From the human T2T-CHM13v2.0 reference genome, Homo sapiens, in assembly GCF_009914755.1 (NCBI RefSeq), contig NC_060926.1: a stretch of DNA of 64,000 nucleotides. One strand, 5' to 3'. The notes beneath the pieces were generated by a model. That model ran no database searches, had not been told where the DNA came from, and saw only the letters and a program-made list of their open reading frames with translations. The position numbers and the translations under genes were made by a program. Of the stretch, positions 55,090 to 64,000 are shown piece by piece (position 1 is the first letter of the stretch; the number at the start of each line of letters is the position of its first letter).

Positions 55090-56048
55090 ATTAATAGAAA
55101 TAGTCATGTTTGTAGCTTAAGAATACATAAAACATATTACCAACATATTAATCACCTAATGATTAACAGAAGATTTCTGATAATCTCTATATATGCAAAG
55201 AGTGTGATACAATGAAACACATATTAAGAATTAAAAAGAAAAAAACCTTAGCAGGAGAATCACAGAAAAGAATTTACTTAATACTTTAGAGGATATCTAC
55301 TAAAATTTTTCTTCAAATCTTATCCTCAAGGTGAATTATCGGAAGCATTTTATCTAAATTTCAGGACAAAATAATAATCTATTATGACAGCTTTTATTCT
55401 ACATTATACTAGAAATGCTAGGAAGGGCAGTAATAAAATTTTAAAACACAACAACATAAGTTTATAAGAATTGGAGAAGTAGAATCAAAAGTGTAATAAT
55501 GTGGATGATTTAATTATCTGTACAGTATATCCTAAAGAATCTACGGAGAAATTACTCTAATAAAGCTTAGAAAAGACACTGCCAGTAACCATATAATATT
55601 CTAGTCACTATGAAGAAACATTTTTAAAACAAGTTGCAACTAGCACTCTTCACAGCTTCACAGAAGCAATAAAACATATAAAACATTTTTTCATTTCCAG
55701 GCATATGATCTAGAGAAATTCTTGCACATACGTATCAGAAGACTTGTACATTAATGTTTATAGAAGTATAATTTTTATAGCAAAAAATCAGAAGTAACTC
55801 ATTAACAAAATGAAATATGACATAAATAAAATATTAATAAAACCATACCATATGGAACAACACAAGTAAATGTCAAAACATAAAATTGAGTAAAAACTAA
55901 TAAGACACAGAAGACCATAAATAGTTTTATATGTTTTTTAATAGACCTCAAAAAAGAAAATCTAAATAAACAATGCCTTATGTAGGTATTCTTCCAATAT
56001 TAAGAAAAATAAATAATTTTTAAGATAAGATAGAAAAGTGGTTCACAG
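55090..56048 (+). mobile_element. L1ME-type fragments (host of the provirus; continues at ~62995-63140)
   Basis: ctagagaaattcttgcacat...aatgtttatagaag...aaaattgagtaaaaa resembles an old L1 3' region. Confidence 0.5.
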
Positions 56049-56487
56049 TGTGAAACTTGTCAGAGTCAAAATGAAGTCACTTATGTTTAAAAAAAAAGAT
56101 AGCACTAGGAAAGGCCACACAGAAAGAGTTCTTACACTTGTATGACTAATAACAAAAATTATCACAAAGGACTCTACAAAATTCTCACTCTTGCACAAAG
56201 GCCATCACAACCTTACAGGAAAAACACTTCTGCAAGCGTATCTGCCCAGCAACTGCCTGTCCAACCTCGGACTGCTGTCCTTCTTGTTCTTAGTCCTTAC
56301 AGCCAAAGATAATAATTTCAAGACAATTATGTAGTCCTCATTTTCTCTTTAAAAACTGTCTTCCTTTACCTCCCTGAATATTCATATAGTTTACTACGGT
56401 ATGTGTATTACCATTAGAATGATCTATTACTGCATAAACATCATTTTCTTTTAGCGACCCTCTCTCTGTTTGTTATTTAGGTTGACA
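56049..56487 (+). mobile_element. 5' LTR (MER65A-like)
   Basis: tgtgaaacttgtcagagtcaaaatgaagtcac ... ctctctgtttgttatttaggttgaca. Confidence 0.9.
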
Positions 56488-59400
56488 TACATGGTGTCTG
56501 AAACCACAGCTTGGCTTTCTGCCTTGGTGAGTCTTATCTCAGGCTGAGCCTTCATCTTTTTGTAGAAGTTCTTTATCTTATTTAGGATTTGATTTGGATA
56601 CACCTGCCTTAAACAAAGGACCTTCCATTCCTCCTGAGATGATAAAATGCTTTTTGTCTGGCAAGTCTTTCCTGGTGTGAAGACAGTATATCTTTTTGGG
56701 TTGAGTACTCTAACTTCCATAGAATTTACATTCTGCCTGTAATGCAGGGCTTATCTAGGTGCACTTTTCATCTGTGTACCTAGTTTAGTCTTTTGTTTTA
56801 TCTGCGTGCCTTGGTTACAGCTTTTGTGAGTACTCATCATGGGTCCTTTTAATTTAGTTTGATTCTTTTCCCTTGTTTATTTCTAAAACTTTTTTGAGAG
56901 AAAAATGAACATTATAAATGGTTGGTGCAGAATGGTTAATTAAAAGCCATCTAAAGCACGGATTTAAACTCCTGACATTCTCTGACAGAATAAGTTAAGA
57001 CTTTCTTTGCTTTTGAGAGGTTAATAAGAACTTGAATGGGATTCTGAGTCATTAAGGCATGCCACATTTTCTGGGACTACAGCTGGTTACATATAATGAT
57101 GGCTCATTCTTGTGCACATTTTTAAACTGATGGGCAAATTTAATCAAGGAAAATTCATAGCTTAAATGGTCAGTATTTGAACTCTAAAAAACCCTGCAAC
57201 TATACAGTTAAGATGTAGAGCCATCTAAGTTTTCTCTGCTTTTTTTTCTGCTTACTTTGAATTTGCTGACTTTTCTACTAGTGTTGAGATAAAAGTCACT
57301 ATTTATGGCATTCCAGTCAAGATTAAAAAAAAAAAGAAGTCTTAAAAGTTTCAAATTAATGACTACAAATTACCATAGCACCATGGTAACCAACAACCTA
57401 GACATCTTTTGGAAATGTGAATTTAGATTTGCTTGACTAACAATAACTTAGGGTGATGGAATTGTTAATTGAAAGATTAATGATCTAAAAGTAAAGAACT
57501 AGAAAAATGTGTAAACGTTAGGCTCTCAGATCAAACAAGTCAAAATCTTGAGCTCAGAGAAATAGCGTAATTTATCTCTGTCTGGTATAAAAGTTTTCAT
57601 TTATTTGCCACGCAGGATCCAAAAAGAGAAAGCCAGGAAAAAAAGGTTAAAATACCTCCCCATCCACATTTGACTAGTCAAACAAACAACACCAACAGAA
57701 AAGAGATGGATTCAAGGCTACTTAGAGATTTAAAATCTGGTGTAGTTAGCCAGAAACCCCTTAGAAATTTTTAGATAATTAGATGAATGATCACTTAGAT
57801 AAATGACTGCTCATTTAAAATATATAGTAATTAACCTAATTAACCCATATTCCTTTTAGTTCATGTGACATAAGTAAATCCTTAATAAATAATCAGTTTT
57901 TAAAAATATTGGTAAAATAAAAAAGGGAATGTTTTCACAATTATCAGCATACATTTTTGCCTGGGTTTAATGGTTTGCTTTATATTTGTTTCAGCTAGAT
58001 ATCTTAAACTGTTAGTGTTTGACATAAAGGATATAAAACTATAAACCCAGCCTAAAAGAGAATGACATTTGTTTGTGCAATTTTTGATGAATTAGCCTAA
58101 TTTAGTATTGTTGGTTTAATGAAAACAGCTGTATCTTCTGGGTTATTGGCACTATACCTATGTCTTTAAGGTTCTTACTAGGTGAATACCTGATATTCAC
58201 AGGTTATAAAAATGATTACAGGAAAATAACTTGAAATGATGGCTAGCTTTGGGTAATAGTTTATTTTTCATAAGTAATTTAAATAAAATGCTAAAAATAA
58301 ATGATATAGTTAAATTTATGTGGAATAGATGTCTATAAGTAAACTTTTCATGTAATTTTAAAACTTTATGGTATATTAAATAATAGATTAAATAAAAGAA
58401 ACTCATCAAATGTCTAGGTCATTTTGAAATAAAATTTAAAAAGAAACCCTGAAACAACTTACTAAATATAAGTTTGTTATTGGCTGTTTAGACTTTATGT
58501 AAAGACTGAATACATTTGGATCTATCAATACACATAAAAAATATATTATGGGGAAACATACTTTTGAAAATTATAAAATGGTTCTCATTTATAAAATACT
58601 AATATGTGACTGACAATTCAAGATTTCTTGCTTACTAAGGTTTGACTAATATTTAAGTTCACTGAAATTAAAAAATTGTAATTAATAAATATAATTATCT
58701 ATATAAAATGTGCCAAAAAGTAAGATGTGTTTTTAATGAAAAAAATACTAAGACAAAAAAGTGCTCATTATTGAGAAAGAAAAAATAGTATTGTCTAATT
58801 CAGAGGCTATTTAAAGGTTGTTTGACAAAATTTCTTGTTTGACAAATTTTCGTCCTAAAGTAAAATGCCTGGTTATTTAAGAAAGAGGAATTATAGCACA
58901 AAGGAGAAATATAAGTATGACATCAAAATGTCTGAGCAGGTTGAAAAAAGTTCATAAAGAGGGAATTTATGATAGGAATTTTGTGGGTGGTCGAGTTGGC
59001 TGTAATTAGAAGGGAATTATATATGCTAAAGATTGAGTTTTGATATTAAAAATACACTAATACAAAATTTAAAATTTGGTCCCTGTATTAGAACAGTAAG
59101 ATTTTCTTGAAATATGTACCTGCTGTTAGGCAAATGACAAGAGGTTTCGATTTTTTAACTCTGAAATCTGTTTCTTTAACTGCCATTTTTAAAATGCAAG
59201 CAGTTTCTATCTCTGCCACAGTTCTTCCTGAGATCCATTTAATTTCCCCAGTTTTGTATTAGAAATGTTGTCTTTTTTCGTTCACAGTGGTAATTTTATC
59301 TCTTGAAGTAAGTTTTGTTTACAACTTTTCAAATTTGTATCTCGATTCAACGTTTGCTGTATCTCACACTACATGGGATTTGCTCATTATGCATTATTGT

Positions 59401-59507
59401 CTTCAACTCTCTTTCTACCCTTAAAAAGCTATGTGTCTTCTGGGCTGGGATGAAAACTTTCTTCTTCAATGTTTTTATCAACTCCTGTAGCTTTTTTTTT
59501 CTAACCC

Positions 59508-59605
59508 TGATGGAGGGTTGCCACAAACCTCAAATTTGTAAAAGATGCAATGTCTGTGAAGTGCAATAAAGCAAAGAGCACTAAAAGCAAAACACAATCA
59601 AATGA
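59508..59605 (+). mobile_element. Tigger1 3'-terminal fragment inside the provirus
   Basis: agggttgccacaaacctcaaatttgtaaaagatgcaatgtctgtgaagtgcaataaagc matches the Tigger1 3' end; the final ggtatgcctg is missing. Confidence 0.8.
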
Positions 59606-61962
59606 AACAAAAATGTTTAGCATGAAGGCCTAGAAAAGCAATGCTTTTCCTCCAGTATAACTTAATTCTGTACTCTTAGCTTTTGTTAATGTATCGAAAT
59701 TCTTTCATGTAATAAGGATACTTCTCATACTGTTACTAAGAGACATATATATTTCCCCACTCAATGTACTAGTTTTCTTGTTTCCATTCTTCTATAATAT
59801 AGTGTGCACTCATAACCTTGAACACATTCTTTCTGTCGGATTAATTTTAAGTAACTTTTCATCAGGTTTGACTTTCATGTTATAGAAATAGGCTTTCCAT
59901 AAGGAGAAGCATCCACACAGGAGGTTTTTCTTTACTTTTTTGGTAACTGACCTAAAAAACACAAAGATTTTATGTTTTATCAAGATTATTTCCTATGTTT
60001 TTTTAATTAGGTTTTTGATAACTTAGAAAAATTGAGCTTTAAAATGGTTAAGGTTTTTTACATACATCTAACTTTCTGTGATGAATGTGAAGTCTTTCAG
60101 TTATCACTCTGGTTAAATGAATTACTATTATTTCCACAATGACTTGTGATTCTGTTTTGGTCGAGTATTTTGAACATTTTGATGTCTTTGGCAGGCTTCC
60201 CCAGGATCAAAATCCTAAGTTAAGTCTTTTGACCTAGAATTAACTTTAGGATTCTCCAGTTGGGCCCCTGGAAGGCATTAAAGAATGTATCTCTCATTTT
60301 GTAGATAAATTAAATTGTTAGGCTTATTTGGTAAATTATATGGGAAGCATTTTCGAATAATTGGTGATACTAGATACTCTTTTAGTTACATTTATGGGTA
60401 CGTTATTGATGTAAATGTTTCAAGAAGTATATACATTTATAGAAATATGATATATTAGTACTAGTTTTGGTTATGTTAAATCTTTTTTAAAGTTACATTA
60501 ATATGGATTTCTTATTGAGGCGAGTGTTCTGAAAGTTATGTAAAATTTATAAAGGTCTGACGGTCCTGAGGTGGTGCTGTCAGTCAAGATTCTTGTTATT
60601 ATCTTAAAATGCTTTAAAAAATCTTAAGTAATCTTAAAATAACTTAATTTTCTCTTCAGTTGGAAACTTTCATCAGATTTTTAGTTATGGCAAATATAAG
60701 TGTTTGTCATCTTTTTTTGTCATGTTTTTCAATTACCTATAGTCTAAAATTGCTTTTCATGGAAAGAACTCTAACAAACAGTCTTGAATACAGATTTCTA
60801 ATAACTTTAACATTAATAGAATACAAAAAACTTTTCAGAACTCTAATAAAACTGATGGGTTCATGAAACTTGTAATCAAGATCAAGCAGAGCAAAAATTA
60901 ATTACATGAAATTGAATAAATAATGAAGATATTTTTTAAGACTTTTTATATGTAACCTTACTAGTTCTTTACTTAAATGTTTTGCTTTCCAGATTTAAGG
61001 ATATTTTCTTTCTTAAGCTTTCTCTAGTTTACATAAATTTGGTAAAGTACACTTCTGTGAACAAAGGTGGAAGCATTTTGTTTCTCTCCTTACTTGATTC
61101 TTCCAAAGTTTGGAATCTGTTTGTGAGCATTCTTACTTTTTGTGACAATGGGGTTTGCAGAAGTTTAATAGAAGTCTCATTTCTCTTTATAGCAAGACAC
61201 AATTAGAAACATTAGGCATTTACCAAGGCTTTGTCAAGAATACTATATTTAAGAAGGTGCATCGAATGCTTGATTTTGAGGATTCCCAGCTTAACAGTGA
61301 ATGAATAAAAATTGTCATTTCCCATCAGGCCCAGGAAACTTAAGTAAAGTCTGTCTTGCTTTGGTTTCCTATCCTCAAGAGGTTTTTAAATCTGAGACTT
61401 CTATATGATCAATGTAGCGAGAAATAATTACATGTCTAAAAAAAAAACACACACACAGAAAACTATAATTTTTAAATAGATATAATTTTTATAGTTGTAA
61501 CTGTAACTATATAAAACTGTTACTGGATTGTAGCCCTGTGAACTGTTTTCACAGTCTTCTTATCTACTTGTAGACTACACTAGATCCTGAATCATTCTAG
61601 CTTCCTCCAACCCAGTTTTCTTCCCTGAAGTTACTAAAAATGGAAACTGTTCTGTTCCTAAGACCCTATAAGCTGAATTAGATAAATTTTAAGTAACTGG
61701 GTTTCTGCTTGATGTATAAGCCACACAAAAGTTCACCAAACCACCCAGTGGCATGACCAGAGATATTCAAACTAGAAACCAAGATCAGGTATTTGACCAA
61801 GACATCAGTACAACAATCATCATTGTGAGACTCTTACCCCCCTTAATAGTACCTTTTTTACTTGGCAGGATAACAGTGTAATTGAAATTTCACAATTAGC
61901 TTCTGCTGGTAACATGAAAAAACATGGCCTAGAAGATTGTTCAGTATCCATTGGTTAAAACT

Positions 61963-62188
61963 ATTGTCAATACTATACTGACCTCGATAAACTTTTTTGG
62001 GAAAGTTGAAACCCATATATACAATACAAAAACCCCTGGCCACATGGTTACAACAGGTCTCACCTAATTCCTTATGGTCTTTTAATTTATTCAATTGGTT
62101 GTATTTAATCCTAGGTTTATGGGTCAAATGCATTTTGCAAACTGGAATTGTCATATTACTATTAATTCTTATTTTATTTTTATTGTAA
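61963..62188 (+). pseudogene. Gamma-type env TM remnant
   Basis: IVNTILTSINFFGKVETHI (decayed CX6CC-region/..GKVE segment), then after a frameshift ATWLQQVSPNSLWSFNLFNWL..LGLWVKCILQTGIVILLLILILFLL (membrane-proximal Trp-rich segment plus membrane span), just upstream of the PPT. Confidence 0.7.
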
Positions 62189-62530
62189 AGCTTGTATCTG
62201 TTACTTGTTAAATTTTTGCAGAATTAAAGCTACTAACAGAATAATCACTGGTCTAGTACTTTGAAATAATAGTAAAGGGCTACAGAACAGACTAAATTAA
62301 ACTTAATCCTGGACTCCAGGTGAACTTAGCCTGAAAGCCATTCCCTTCAAACCTCCCTTTTTGCTTAAATGTGGCTAACAATAGTTTTGACACTCATTTC
62401 TAGTTGCCAATCACTCCACCAAAACATGGGACAAGAACAACAAGGTCCATGCTGCCACCACAGAATACAAAAACCTAACTACAGGATGATCAGTTGTTTT
62501 TGGAGAAATACTGTGATCAGAAGGAAGAAA

Positions 62531-62994
62531 TGTGAAAGATATCAGAATAAAAATCAAGTTACTATTTTAAAAAACCTGCCAAATAGAGCTAGATAAGATG
62601 TGAAGAGCGGGTTCTCACACTTGTATGAATAATAACAAAAATTATTAAAAATGACTCTACAAACTCAAAAATTTGCATGAAGGCCATTACAACCTTACAA
62701 AAAAAGAAAAATACTTTTGCAAGCAAATCTGCCAAGCAACTGCCTTTTCAACCTTGGACTGCCTTTTCAACCTTGGTCCCTCTTGTTATTAATCTTTATA
62801 TCCAAGGATAATACTTTTAAAACAATTATGTAACCATTTTCATTTTTTTCTTTAAAAACCTTTGTCTTCTTTTACCTCCCTGAAATATGCTCACATGTTA
62901 CTATGAAATGTGTATTTCCATTGCAATGCTCTATTCTCAAATAAGCATCATTTTCTTTTAGAGAGCCTCTCTCTGTTTGCTATTTAGGTTGACA
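62531..62994 (+). mobile_element. 3' LTR (MER65A-like)
   Basis: tgtgaaagatatcagaat ... ctctctgtttgctatttaggttgaca, homologous to the 5' LTR. Confidence 0.9.
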
Positions 62995-63552
62995 ATAGGT
63001 AGATGCAATTTTATATGTGATGATCTGATTATATAAGTAGAATTTATATTTTATAGCTAATATATACATTGCATACATACATTTAAATACACATATTTTA
63101 CTTAAAACATACATATATATAACATACATTATTAATAAATAGAAATACACTTGTTACATCAATAGGAAGTCATTGCAATTCTCCAATGTTGTAACATTAG
63201 ATTTATGACACAGAAAATTATCCATTGACAGAAATAAGATTGGAAAGTTATGAGCAGTTAGAGTACAAGGTCTAGGGAGGATGTTGCAGTGACACAGAAC
63301 AGAAGTAATGCAGGACTCTTACAGTGAGGATGGACCAAAGTAAATGAAATTGAAAGGAGACATAGACACTTACAAAAATAATCTGCAGCAGCCATGCACC
63401 TTGAGAAGTAAGAATGAGCCATAGGTTGACAAAAAAGGGGTTTGATGACAATCTGCTTAGTTAGATCTCCAGTACCTATTCCCAACTCTTCTTGTCTAAG
63501 CTTTCTCGCCTACAAACCCCACAAAACTGAAAGAATATTATCAACAATTAAT

Positions 63553-64000
63553 GGCATCCCTATTCCCTGAGACACAACATTATGGAAATTAGGCCAAATA
63601 ATAACGCCAAAATGGGTTCTAAGTGTCCAAGTGAAAGGAAGAGTTGCACATTTTTCACTTTAAATAAAAAATACAAATAATTAAGCTTAGTGGAAAAGTC
63701 AGGTTGAAAACTGAGAGAGGCCAAAATCTAGCTTTCTTGCACCAAACAGAGAGCCAAGTTGTGAATGCAAAGGAAAAGTTCTTGAAGACAATTAACATTT
63801 CCATTCCAGTGAACACGAGAATGATAAGAAAGTAATACAGTCTTATTTCTGATATGAAGAAAGTTTGAGTGGTCCATGTAGAAGATTAAATCAGCCACAA
63901 CATTCCCTTAAGACAAAACCTAATTAGTAGCAAGGTCCTAATTCTCTTCAATTCTGTGAAGGCTGAGTGAGTTGTGGAAACTACAGAAGAAAAGTTTGAA
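63553..64000 (+). mobile_element. Tigger1 (pogo/TcMar) DNA transposon; degraded transposase N-terminus running off the window
   Basis: ccctattccctgagacacaac..., ATG at 63612 (MGSKCPSERKS...), gccaagttgtgaatgcaaaggaaaagttcttgaag, cagccacaacattcccttaag. Confidence 0.92.

Larger units (their letters stand above)
56049..62994 (+). mobile_element. Two-LTR MER65-type ERV1 provirus with a non-coding (MER4-group) internal region
   Basis: Homologous LTRs at both ends. Partial Leu-type PBS tggtgtctgaa (~56492-56502), purine tract agaaggaagaaa before the 3' LTR, and 4-bp flanks ACAG/ATAG. Confidence 0.9.

Overview
AT-rich, CpG-depleted primate (most likely human or great-ape) genomic DNA, largely made of interspersed repeats. 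I recognise no protein-coding exon, tRNA, rRNA or CRISPR array, so the window looks intergenic or deep-intronic. Every informative ORF in the track is LINE-1, Alu or ERV derived. Main elements: a full-length but inactivated L1PA4-type LINE-1 (46877-53019, minus) nested in an older L1M/L1MB; a 6.5-kb L1PB-type element that keeps its 5' UTR but has lost its 3' end (14391-20857); a two-LTR non-autonomous MER65-type ERV1 provirus with an env TM remnant (56049-62994); three Alus; MST, MLT1 and MER4-group solo LTRs; L2, L3 and MIR relics; and MER5, MER58 and Tigger1 DNA transposons. I found no convincing new biological system. The best unexplained structures are: a 27-bp near-perfect direct repeat carrying the exact kappaB decamer GGGAAATTCC (12508 and 13788, with a third decamer copy at 25651); nested inverted repeats around a TA/CA microsatellite (40661-40910); a Tigger1 terminal fragment captured inside the provirus (59508-59605); a poly(A)-only insertion with 13-bp TSDs (4963-5025); and an old ~195-bp local duplication. 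Repeat subfamily calls come from recalled consensus sequences and need RepeatMasker/Dfam confirmation.
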